Position numbers and translations under genes: made by a program. Under the pieces are notes generated by a model. The model worked only from the letters and a program-made list of their open reading frames with translations. It searched no databases and was not told the origin of the DNA. A stretch of 63,805 nucleotides of DNA, counting the filler, from Klebsormidium nitens (taxonomy: Eukaryota; Plantae; Klebsormidiophyceae), in assembly GCA_000708835.1 (NCBI GenBank). It is 10 parts of 10 records of this genome, joined end to end, with 100 filler letters (N's around TTAATTAATTAA, not from the genome) between each part and the next. Parts side by side here need not be neighbours in the genome. Positions count along the whole stretch, not along the records: positions 1 to 7,924 come from DF238268.1; positions 8,025 to 13,252 come from DF238443.1; 8 more parts are not named here. One strand, written 5' to 3'. This document shows, in pieces, positions 1 to 11,000 of the stretch (its first letter is position 1; each line of letters begins with the position of its first letter).

Positions 1-97
1 GATCAAATCGGTTGCTGCTGGTTATCTGAAACTCGTAGCTTTCTAATGACCAATCCGCAATTCATGCGTAGGCGTGAGCCCGACCCAGGGCACCATG

Positions 98-260
98 TGT
101 TCAAATCATTCACTCATGTTTATCACAAGCTAGGGTCTGACCACCCTCACACACAAGCGCCTTCCTAAAGAAGCTCCTTTCTCACTTCAAGCATTTTTTA
201 TAATGATATCATCACATGACACTAGTCCGAAGTCACACCAATCCCGTAGCTAGGTGTGTT
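98..260. mobile_element. LTR fragment, family B
   Basis: Starts TGTTCAAATCATTCACTC...TCACAAGCTAGGGTC and is similar to the copies at 15332, 16271 and 20936. It is cut off by the LTR at 261. Confidence 0.55.
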
Positions 261-612
261 TGTTGAAACACAGCGTTGTTGGAAGTGATACTCAATCAAT
301 CAACTTCAAACAATGTATATGGAGTGTTCCGAGTCACGGCCTATCTCTAGATCTACACTCTAGCCTAGTAGGCTCAGTGGACCGTCACCTAGTAAGTCCG
401 AAAATCTCACTCTATACCATACATCGACGGCCATTATCGAACCTACACAATATCGACGCTTATCGCCAAGTCATTCGGGTGTAACGCTCTAACCCGCGCG
501 CATTTCACCGTGTAACCGTAATTCTAGTTACAGTCGAATTACCGTCGACGTCGTGATCGTAAAACCCTAGAATCATCCAGAGATTCGGTCCGTGAATGCC
601 CGTATCTCAACA
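261..612 (-). mobile_element. Copia LTR, family A (nested in a family B LTR)
   Basis: Termini are TGTTGAAA...TCTCAACA. Near-identical copies lie at 24700-25029, 42098-42199 (opposite orientation) and 50022-50225. Orientation is taken from the PBS remnant after 42199 and the PPT after 25029. No TSD found. Confidence 0.75.
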
Positions 613-3564
613 GAGACCCCAAATCGATCCGAACCATAATCACAGCAGTTCGGTTGATCGAAATCACCAGATTTCAACCAGGCTTGCGCAGGGGGCTAGG
701 TGCTGGCTGGCTGGGTGGGAGCGAGAGCAGCACCGTAGGATGGTCGGCGTCGGTCATCGCACGGTGGCGAGCTGAGACGAGCTGTGCTGCGGCCGCGTGG
801 CGGTCCATTCTGATTCGCGATCATCGGACGGTCGGCGGTACCGGCCAACTCATGAACCGAGCACGATTCGAAGTGAAGTACGCAGGGCGGTCGATCGAGG
901 GTGTGGGCTTGCATCGACGGTGCAGAGCGCGACAGCCTGCAACGTGATCGACGGCAACGGGCGGAAAATGCTTGGTCCCGCTCGCTCGAGCAATTTCAAC
1001 TTTCAGGAAGTCAACGCAGAGGTGGAAGTAGGTAGGATGCAGACTGCAGAGCTTAGAGTGTCGACTGGCGGGACTGCAAATCACCCAGGTTGTGTACCTA
1101 GCAACTTTCATGAACTAGCTTGAAGCACACTCCTCATTTCTACACTCCTCCTCTGCATTCCATTGTTTCCCATACACACCTTGCAGCTCTGCCTTGCAAT
1201 TGTAGCCACAATGTCCAAAAGGGCCGAGTTTGGCGTGCAGGGCACCTACCACATCGAGTTGAGGCAAGAGATCATAGCAAATGGGAGCACGCGGTTCTGC
1301 CTTTGCGGCCATTGCGCCAAGAACCTCATAGAAGAGAGGATGGCATTCGAGTGGTTGGCGGACATGCCGCCGCTTGAAGACCCCGAAGAGGAGGATAAGG
1401 CGCTCGATGCCATATTATAGTAGCGGTGTTCTTGACACGTAGGGTGAGCTTTGTATGCTTTTATGAGGTGCATTTAGTTGGACGAGCTTCAAGAAAAGTG
1501 CAAACCTTGCAATGTTGTCTTCTCCATTGTTTCGATTGCTTTCTATGCAAAAAACCGGAATATGCTGGTTAGGAGTAATCACAATCTGTTTCTGGTTAGA
1601 CAGCTGGTTAATCTGCTGGTTAGGCTGCAGCTGTGCTGGGTTACCAGCTGGGAATCTGGTTATGCTGCAGCTGGTTAGTGCTGGTGGCTGCTGGTTAGGG
1701 TAACCATCAAATTGTTCGGCCAAATTGTTGCATTCATATGGCTAACTTTGGCTGCACAGAAGGTTGTGCTTGTTTCGATGCACAACCATTGACTAATGCA
1801 ATGGTTGCCGCGCAATGCAGGTAGGGAGTGTACAAGATTGCTCGTTAGTTCGTGGGGCTGTCGCTCGTGTTTTAGCTGTCGTTCAAGCTGCGCTGGAGAG
1901 GCGTCGCTGCATAGAGCTGGAGTTGGCTGCTGTGAAGCTGACTGCGTCGCTGTGGATCTTGGCTGCGCCGCACCATGTGAGCTTGCATGATTCTCTTTCG
2001 TGTGCATTCCTGCAATCGACCTGCAAGCTTGCTGAAACTGTGGTGCAGTCCTACAGAGCTACATTGTGGTGCTTGCGGCCTGGTCCCCATACTTGTTAGC
2101 GCTCTACTAGCTGACACACTAGCTGCTTTTGTGTGTGGCGCTGGCGCTGGATCTAAAAGTTGCTAATTATACTGATGCTAGCTTTGTTTCAAATGCACAT
2201 GCCTCCGATGCCATCAAGTGAAGTGAATATTCTGTCGATTGCAGGCAGACGTGCACAGAGCTTCTTGTCAGTGAGCGGGATGTAGCTCGTGTCGATGTGG
2301 ATTTGTCGAGTTCAAGCTGCGCTGTTGTGGAGCTGACGTGCTGCAGCGAGGTGGATGTGGCGGGAGCTGTCGTTGCACTTGCGATTGAAATGTCGCTAGT
2401 GGAGCTTTCTTTGGTGAGATGGTGGATGTGAACGACGCTCTGTTCTAGAATCTGTGCGCATGTTCCGACGTATCTCGTTGGCAGTGCATCGTATGCTAAG
2501 TGCTCTCGGCCTCTTTAATACAACATGTCTCCTGGTTGCTGTCTGCCATCCTAACCTGTGTCTTGCACCTGCACGTCTATCGTGCTCTTTGTTCTGGCTG
2601 TCACCTAGTGTCAATAAGTCTCGTTTTCAAATGCCTGCAGCAGACTCGAGCTGAAGGTGCATTTCGCTGTGCGGCTGCGCCTCATGTGAATTCACTTTGC
2701 TAAAAAATGTCTATCGATGAAACTTCAATAACATGCCCTTTCCGTGTTTTCAAAAAACCTGCTGACTCGCTGTGCTGTCTCCGTGTTGGAGCTGGAGCTG
2801 GAGCCGTTGGTGGCGCTGGCTGCTAGCGGAGTTGGAGCTGGTGCTGTGGGGTTGTGCTGTGGTGCTCGGTGTGCTAGATTGCATGTGCATTTCTGTAACT
2901 GTGCTCGATGTTCTCGACTGCACTGAACCTTGCCTTTTTTTTCAAAATTCTCCTCTTTTCTTTAATTGAAACTCTTGTGAATATTGACACATTGCTGTAG
3001 TGCATATTATACCTTTAGCGATTTGCAGCGGCCTGGTGTGTTCTAGTGTGTTTTCCTGTCACTACACACTGCATATGATACTTGAGTCTTGAGCTTGGGG
3101 CGAGCTGTAACCTTTATTTGTTTCCCCACAAGCCCTGTTTGCCAACCAAGAGACTACCATCTCCTGTTCGTTCCCCCAAAGACTGTGTCCGTGCCCCCGT
3201 GACTCCCCTCCTCGCAACCCCGCCGCTTGGTGTTCGTCACGACGGTAAGATCGAAAACACCTCTCTTTCAAATTGTTGATTCTGCACCTAGCTCGGCGAC
3301 ACGTGGACGGACAACCATTCAACATTTGCAGGCGTGCTGCTTGATAGTGCATCCTCTGTGTATTTTCGAAACTATCGATGCGGTGGTGCTCTTTGTTTTG
3401 TGCTTTATTTTGAGGGCGGATTTGGGGTGTGTCTTTATCAGGCTAGCAAACTACCAGGCTACCAGGCTAACAGGCTTTATCACGAGAGGGGAACTTGGAG
3501 ACTCTTCGGCTCTTTTGAGATCCCATCAAATCGATAGAAAGCCTAAAGATTCCAACGAAGCCTT

Positions 3565-6160
3565 GTGGCATGGTGCTCCGTTCTTGACAGCAAGAGTGTA
3601 CCCGGCAGTCGCTCCGGTATCAAACAAAGCAGCGCAAGCTGTGTTGGACTGGCAATCAATCTAAACAACCGTAAATGCTCGAAACCTTTTCTCGGTCCGG
3701 TGCTTTTGTAAGTTTTACTTAGCCCCTCTTTGACACTATTGTTTACTCCTCTTGCAGCCATGCCTGAGCGCGCGGAGCTCGTGGCCATGCTCCTCCGCCT
3801 GCAATGGCTCATCGAGTGCGGCAAGACGCTCCTCGTGCGCATCAACAACAACCTGACGCGCCGCAAGAAGGACGGCGCCCTCATGAAGCACAAGCAGAAC
3901 TCCCGTAAGGGATCCGACCAGAAGGTCGCCGAGTTCCTGGGGTCACAGGGCGCTATCGTCGTTGGGGTGTGTGGAGGTGGTTGGAAACCAGTTGGCGATG
4001 CTGCTCCATGGGGCGGCTGGTGAGTACCGGGTACTGCAGTGGAACCTGCGGCAGGGGGGGGCGCTGGACTGGTTCGAGCACGCCGACGGCTCCTTTACCG
4101 AGTACCCCGCCAGCTACAAGCGGCGCACTGCTGTCGACTTCGAGTTCATCGGCCTGTGCCTCCCCGCCAAGTGGCTGGGCAAGGACATTCGGCTTGTGGA
4201 GGTCGACTGCACCGCGATCTCGAACCAGGCGGAGTGGGAGTTGCGCTCTCCCTTCTCCAACCCCGGAAAGGTGCCTTTCACCCCTGCCCCCGGATGATTC
4301 GCCCGCTATCGGGGGGTCCTCAACATGCTCATGGACCCAAACGGGTGTGTTGAGGCCGTCGTCGCGTGCGCGCTCGTCGTTGCCGATAAATTCCCCGACC
4401 GCCCCGTGCTTGTGTGGGTCGGGAGGGCCACCGTCTGGGAGGGCACCGGCTACAAGAGCAAGGGCGACTTGCTGCTGCGCTACCGGCGGGCGACGGGGCG
4501 GCATATGTGCGCGACCATGGCGCAGTTGGTCGCAGGCGGGCGGATCGCTGTCGTGTAGCTCTGTTGGGTCGCCCGGCTACCTGTTCCTATACGAGGAGGC
4601 GGCCTACGCCTATTGGTGAGATAATCCAGGTGCACAAAAGTGGTGCACGCATGCGATGCTTTCGGGTGATTCGTATGGTGTTCAAATTGTCTGCAAACTC
4701 TGAATGCGTCACCTGGCTAAGTTCCTTTGCATTCCTTCTCACCGCCAGTGCCTGCCTGCCTCGCCTTTGAGGGCGCGCAAAGTTTATTGTTGGTGACGTC
4801 GTCAAGCATGCAAATGCGACACCCTTTTGCCCTCCGTCATATGCGCTCGGTCATAACTGCTCCGCCTTTTTTTGATGCAGGTACGACTTATCCAAGTTCA
4901 ACGACCCCAAGATTATGAAGTACGCGATCAACGTCCTCCTGGTCTTCCAAAAGAAGGGCCGCGTCCAGTGTTACAATAGTGAGCAACTCGCCGCTTTCCC
5001 TGTGCTCGTGTTTTGCGACAATCTCTGTGCTCGCACCTTTCTGTGTGCCCGTTTGAATACTTATGTGGCCTAATCCCCCAACGCTGCTTCATGCTTGTCG
5101 AGCGTACCTTTTGTTGATGTGGAAAAGCAAGGATAAATCACCCAATGAGGGCTTGCGCCGCAATGAGCGAGCGTTGTTTTCAAAACGCTTGTACTCCTTC
5201 CGAGCTATTCTTTGTCTTGCAGCCCGGCCGGTACCGTCACGACCAATTCTTTGGGCCCAAGGAGCTGCTCGACTCTCCCGAGTGGCGCTTCATCGTTGTG
5301 ACCTTCGGGTGGGAGGCCAAGCCCGTTCTGGGGGTCCACGGCATCGACGGCTTCTGCGCTAAGGTCGGCGCCGGCTCGCTGGCTTGGCACCAACACATCG
5401 ATGTCGTTCACATCACGCTGGCGAACCGCTCGGGCGACCTGCTCCGAGACCGGCGCGGCGAGGGCGGGGTGGTGATGAAGCTGCCCAAGGTCGCGGACCG
5501 GCCAGGCATCATAGCCGAGCACAACCAGGCGCGCCTGGAAGAGGCTGAAGAGGCGGCATCTTCTGGGGACGAGGCAGGCACGGGCACGTGCGGGTCGGAT
5601 CGGGCGGAGGGGAGCGGGAGCGGAGCGAGCCACTCATTACCGGCAGCTGGCGGGAAGCGCAAGAGGAAGCACAAGAAGAGAAAAAACACGGCTAGAGAGG
5701 ATTCAGGCGTCATACAGGAACGGCACGTGGTGGCACCGAGCCCTAGCGATAATGAGCGCACTCGAGACGGAGGGATTGAGTGGGATCCTACCGGATGGCA
5801 AGTTCGACATAGCGCTGTCGCACATGCAAAAGAGTTAGACATGCAATTGAGTGCCCTGTAAAAAAACACTTGTCTTGATCGTTTGAAGTCATTTTTCCAT
5901 TGCCACGAATCCCACCTATGCCTTTGGGCGCGGTACTCTAATTTTGACGGCAGCGATGTACCCGGCAGTCGGTTAGACTCCAACACACACAGCGCAAGCT
6001 GTGTAAAGTGGTTCTACTGCTTCAAAAGGTAGATTTTTTGACATCTCTTTGATCACTGTATGCCGTTGAAGCCTTCGGGCATGGTGCTCCGTGTTTGACG
6101 GCAGGGATGTACCCGGCAGTCGCTCGGGTATCAATCAAAGTAGCGCAAGCTGTCTTGGCA
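3565..6160 (+). repeat. Three dispersed direct copies of an ~90-bp element (about 3565-3655, 5942-6005, 6076-6160)
   Basis: Shared core GGCATGGTGCTCCGT..TTGAC.GCA...TGTACCCGGCAGTCG...AGCGCAAGCTGT; the middle copy lacks the first part. Confidence 0.7.
3760..5861 (+). pseudogene. Multi-exon gene of unknown function, frameshifted
   Basis: GC-rich coding-like blocks at 3760-4615, 4881-4979 and 5224-5861 are separated by T-rich introns with GT/AG ends. The 4615/4881 junction joins in phase (YAYW-YDLSKF). Frames shift inside the first block. The C-terminus has a basic KRKRKHKKRK tract. No recognisable domain. Confidence 0.4.
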
Positions 6161-6169
6161 TCGATCTAG

Positions 6170-6810
6170 TGTTGAGATTAAGGAGTCTTTGGTCTTAATC
6201 TCTGCTAGAATTAAGGAGTCTTTGGTCTTAATTTCTGTTGAGATTAAGGAGTATTTGCCTTGATTACGCCCTAATATCCTATACCATTGTAGTGTGGTGG
6301 GTTCGTTGTGTGATGCATAGGTTTGGTCTTAATGAGGCCGAGATTAAGGTCTTAATGTGGATAAGATTAAGACCGGATAAGGCCGAGACTAAGGTCTTAA
6401 TGCTTGCCAGATTAAGGACTTGATGTAAGCGAGATTGATCTTAATGTGCTTTAAGATTGACGTCCAAAGGTGGTTAAGATTAAGATCAATCGAGATTAAG
6501 ACAACCAACGTAAAGAGCACGTAGATTAAGATCAGATTAAGTTCAGATCAAGATGAACGCATACGAGACGTCCGAGATTAAGGACAGATTAAGAGGGAGT
6601 CGTGTGGATCGTTCGATGGTAGTTGTTGGAGTAATTGAAGCTAGGCCGTCGATTTGAAGAAGGGACTATCTAGGCTAATTAAGGACTCCACATAAGCTAG
6701 AGTAGACCTAGCTACGTGATTGGACTTGACTTGGACTCTCGACTTGTGATGGATACTCATTCCTAGTAGTTGTGCACTTGAAAGGCGCTTCAAGACGCTT
6801 TCTTTCAACA
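6170..6810 (+). mobile_element. 5' LTR of a Ty1/Copia element
   Basis: TGTTGAGA...TTTCAACA termini, followed immediately by a PBS and gag. The first ~430 bp carries many AGATTAAG/CTTAAT motifs. Confidence 0.85.
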
Positions 6811-6830
6811 GGTTATGGGCCCACGACGCT
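6811..6830 (+). promoter_or_regulatory. Primer-binding site, half-tRNA-iMet type
   Basis: GGTTATGGGCCCACGACGCT is complementary (1 mismatch) to the internal tRNA-iMet segment AGCGTGGTGGGCCCATAACC. Confidence 0.85.
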
Positions 6831-7019
6831 AGGGAGTGAGGGGAGAGTAGTAGGCCGTTGCTAGCAACAACAATTCTAGGTTGGTGAGAGGTATTCCAGT
6901 GGGGGCTAAAGGAGTGCAGTATTGCACTCTATCTCTCGACGCCTGTGAAAATACCCACAAACCGCTCTCGGCACAAAGGAGTGCCCAGCCCAAGAAGCTT
7001 TGTTTGGCTAGCGGTAAAG

Positions 7020-7924
7020 ATGGCTGAAGGACTCAAGGTTCATACAGAGCCTCTAGACGTTGACAACTATACGGTGTGATCACAGAGGATGCAACTTCCG
7101 TTGACACACAAGAAGTTGTGGAAAGGGGTTACGGACCCGGAGGGTGATGCGGAGAGGACCGAGGAAGCAAAGGCTTTGATAGGTTTGCACGTCAGGCAAC
7201 AACACCTAGGGGCAATCTTAGCAGCTGAGAATGCCAAGGTAGCTTGGGACGCGCTGGAAAAGACCTACAAGAGCAAGAGTGCGGCTCGAAAGTTGCAACT
7301 CCGGCATGAGATGAGCACCCTCAAGATGCAGCTCGGTGAGTCCGTTGCCGGGTATGTGGGAAGGGCACAGGACCTTTATCGAGATTTGCTAGCCGCCGGC
7401 TCCGATATGAAGCCGGAAGATCTCTCCTTCAGTGTGCTTGCCGGGTTGTCAAGCCGGTTTGAACAGGTGGTAACAGTGTTAACGACCACCAAGGAGGAGC
7501 TAGACAAGGTGGAGGAGCTTCTTCCAACGTTGCAAGTGTTTGAGCAAAGGCAAGGGCTGTTTGGGGAGCAAGACAGCGGGGCCTCGGGCTCGGCAACGGC
7601 GGTGGCCTACGCGGCCAAGGGTGCCAACTTTGCCGGTAAGGGCAAGGGTGGCTCGGGAAAGGCTTCCATGCCTTGCCACAAATGTGGAAAGTTGGGGCAC
7701 TTTGCAAGAGAGTGCCGGTCCGGGGCTCGGGAGCCCGAGAAGCCCAAGACGGGGAAGAAGTGCTACACTTGCGGTAGCCCGGACCACTTGAAGAAGGATT
7801 GCCCAAAGAAGGAGGAAACCGGGGGCCGGCAAGGGATTGCCTTTGTAGCCGGGGAAGGGCCGGAGACCGGAAGGTGGATTGTCGACTCCGGGGCGAGCCA
7901 ACACATGACGGGGATTAAGAACTC
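7020..7924 (+). pseudogene. gag: Copia gag-protease (premature stop, cut by contig end)
   Basis: ATG at 7020 and TGA at 7077, where the paralog at 22135 has TGG. UBN2-like gag (AWDALEKTYKSKSAARKLQLRHEMSTLKM), two CCHC knuckles (CHKCGKLGHFAREC, CYTCGSPDHLKKDC) and protease WIVDSGASQHM. Confidence 0.9.
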
Positions 7925-8024
7925 NNNNNNNNNNNNNNNNNNNNNNNNNNNNNNNNNNNNNNNNNNNNTTAATTAATTAANNNNNNNNNNNNNNNNNNNN
8001 NNNNNNNNNNNNNNNNNNNNNNNN
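7925..8024. other. Artificial contig linker; identical linkers at 13253-13352, 25059-25158, 34195-34294, 41998-42097, 50226-50325, 54642-54741, 57675-57774, 62050-62149
   Basis: Each is N44-TTAATTAATTAA-N44, a spacer with stops in all six frames. Confidence 0.98.
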
Positions 8025-8039
8025 AACTTTACCGACGGC

Positions 8040-11000
8040 CTAACTGACCGGACCACACCTCGCGGATGGCCCGGACTCCAGCAGGAAAACGGCGCTCACC
8101 TGACCAATGGTCGCTCGCCGCGGACGCGGCACATTCAAGCACCGACTCGTGAAGTCCTCCCCAAAGTCAGATTCGTCGAAACAGCCATCGTCCTCAGGCT
8201 CCGACGGCTCATAGAAGCTGGCGCTGGCGTCAGGCAAGAGCTCGTCGCCCCCCAGCTGCTGCACCTCCTCGTCCAGCCCAGCCGCATCGCTCTGCCACAC
8301 GGAAACGCTGCCGTTTTCACCCGAGGACTCCGACGATGAGAGCAGCACCCGGCGGCGCCGCCTGGTTTGTCAAGAGCGGGCTGCCCCATCAGACACCCGC
8401 CGCTTGAGGCGCGCGGGAAGCTCGTCGAATTCAGAATCCGTTTCCATTGCGGTGGGCACGAGCCCAGCCTGATCAGCCTGGGGCCACGCCCATTTCCCGT
8501 CGCTTGCGGCAGAGCCGGAGCACCGGGAAGGGCTGCCTTCCTTGGCAGATGACTTCGACGGTGGGGGCGAAGAAACGGGTCGGCGCCTCGTTCGGAATGC
8601 TTTAGTCGCCCGCCCCGGCGCTCGCGGCTTGAGGCGGCGGCCCAGCAGCTGGGAAACGTCCGACTCGGAGTCGGAGCCCATGACGGCGCGAATCCTGCCT
8701 TGCGCAATCACTGGATTCTCTTCGACTTGACTTCCGTCGTCGATCATTTCACGATCTTGGGATGTCTCCTCGTCCGGTGATTCGCTCATGCTCTCAAACT
8801 CCGCCCCCTCAATGTCCTCGCCCTCTTCTTCGGATCCTGACCGCTCGAGATTGGACTCGTCGGCCGCACTCGTCGCCGGCCGATTGTTGCCGCCGCTTTC
8901 CTGCACAGAAGATGGGAAATCCGTCAGCAATAGACCAAGAGATGTTCTTTTGTAAATCGGGACCGAATGCATTCAATGGAAGGGAGGCAGGCCGTCAGCT
9001 GCTGGCGCTGTCCAGAGATTTGTACGGTGATCACAGGTACTTCTCTGCAGCGCGTGGAATCTGACCATCTGGAGCTCGAAAAGGTCGCCGCACGAGAGAA
9101 ACATACGATGAACAAGAAAGAAATTCCACAATCCTCCCGCCACACACTGCCAGATTGCATCACAACCCACACTCAGCAACACTAGCATTACTCGATTACG
9201 GTTCTACCCTAAAAGCAGACTTCACAGGACCACCTATGAGTGGCAAGCAACCTATGTGGCCTGCAGCTCGATTCTAAGATCGATTCGATGGCTTGACCAA
9301 GCTCGTCTCACTTCTCACCTCTTTTGTGGCGCCGCAACCGTTGCTCTCATCAGCAACGCGAGCAATCCCTCTCACTGAAGTCGACAGCTGGCTCCCTTCG
9401 TCAGCGGAGCTGCTTTCCACCTGGAAAAACGACAGAGATGTGAGTATGCGTAGCACGTCCCCACAAGTCCATCCACAATAACCATCAGAGACCGGAAGAC
9501 GTGGCAGCACTGCACTTTGGTGACTGCTGTCTGAAAGTACAAAGTGCATCATTGCCTGATATGATTTGCGCATGCGCAGCAGATGGTCACTACAGAAAAA
9601 GAATCCTCACATTGTAAAAATGAACCCTGTTTTGGCACCATTCGCAGCAAAACGTTCATTCAAAAGCTGCTCCCCTGCCCCCCTTGACAAGTCTCGGATA
9701 CTTGGCTTCGCGAGTCGCGACGGGAAGCATCTAGGACAGCTCCCAATCGATATGCCAAAGCAAAGAGACCATGAATCGAGACTCACCAAGGCAGTGAAGG
9801 GGCCCTTTTCTACCATGTCTTGATGGTCGAGCTCCTTGTCGTCTTGCGTCTTGTTTGCACTCGGCTTCTCCCCCGAAAACTCAGACCGGGCGATGCCCTT
9901 ATTCACCCCGCGATCACACTTTTCAGGGGCAGGCCTCCCCTCGTGGATTGCAAGGCTGGGGTTCATCTGGAGAAAGAGTAGATTACCGGTCAGACTTGAC
10001 AACCATGCGGGTGCTCTGAGGGTTGCTGCGCAATCTTCACAGTGGTAGAGTGCTCAGCGGTGGCCGGTATGACTGACGAACGAACCAGTGGACCACACCT
10101 TGCCCAAGGCTCTTCCTAGCGTTTCTTAAGAATCATTGACGATGTGTGGGCCAACAAGCGGAACCTGCTTGCCACATGCTTTTCGATGGCCGGGATGGCC
10201 GGTCTGACTTACAAACAGAACTGGACCACACCTTGCACAAGGCTCTCCCTAGCGTTTCTAAAGAATCACTGACGACGTGTGGTCCAACGAAGTAAAACCT
10301 GCTGCCACATGCTTCTGAATGTCCGGAATGGCCGGTCTGACTAACGAGCGAACCAGTGGACCACATCCTGCACGCTACCTAGCATCTCTTAAGAATCATT
10401 GACGACGTGTGGTCCAACAAAGTAAAACCTGCTTGCCAAACAAAGTAAAACCTGCTTGCCAAATGCTTCTGACTAGTCGGAATGGCCGGTCTGAGTATCG
10501 GCAGAATCAGAGCTAGGCTGCACACACGCATACAAGCTGCTTTCATGGTGTGCGCTTTGCCTGCTTGCAACGACTAACAGTTGCTTACCTGTTGCTTCCT
10601 CTTCAGATACTCCAGGAACTCCTCAGGAACACCGCGCTCATCACATTCTGGCTGCCATATCCGTTCGACGTCCTGCACAACATCCTCTTCGTTCATCTGT
10701 ACGTTTCGTCGGTTGGATATCCACGGCACGCTACCCTTTCAAGGATCAGGAAACTTGAAGCGATTGCAGAACGGTTTGATGATCTCAGGCAACCTTTTGA
10801 AGCGGAGAGCTACATTCGTCGTCGTATCATCACAGGCTAGCATAGAGCCATGTGCGAATAGTCAGATCGGCACTCACTCGTTCTCACCTCTCGAGAGGGC
10901 AGAATCACAAGCGGACGACGAAGGCTGACATTGGGTGCAGGTCCGTCCTTGTTCTCGTTCCCTTGTGACTGGGACGCTGGCCACCCGGGATTGCTTTCGA

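Noticed and set aside
254-484. Recurring ORF 'LLKHSVVGSD...' (also 24681-24923, 49946-50281 and the tail of 42042-42599)
   Set aside because: A chance open frame in family A LTR copies; no protein motif.
1415-3000. Gln/Ala/Leu-rich ORFs in contig A
   Set aside because: Low-complexity GCTG/CTGGTT-rich sequence with short overlapping ORFs on both strands and no motif; cannot be supported as genes.
7969-7980. TTAATTAATTAA palindrome recurring nine times
   Set aside because: Always centred in 44+44 Ns; it is an assembly linker, not biology.
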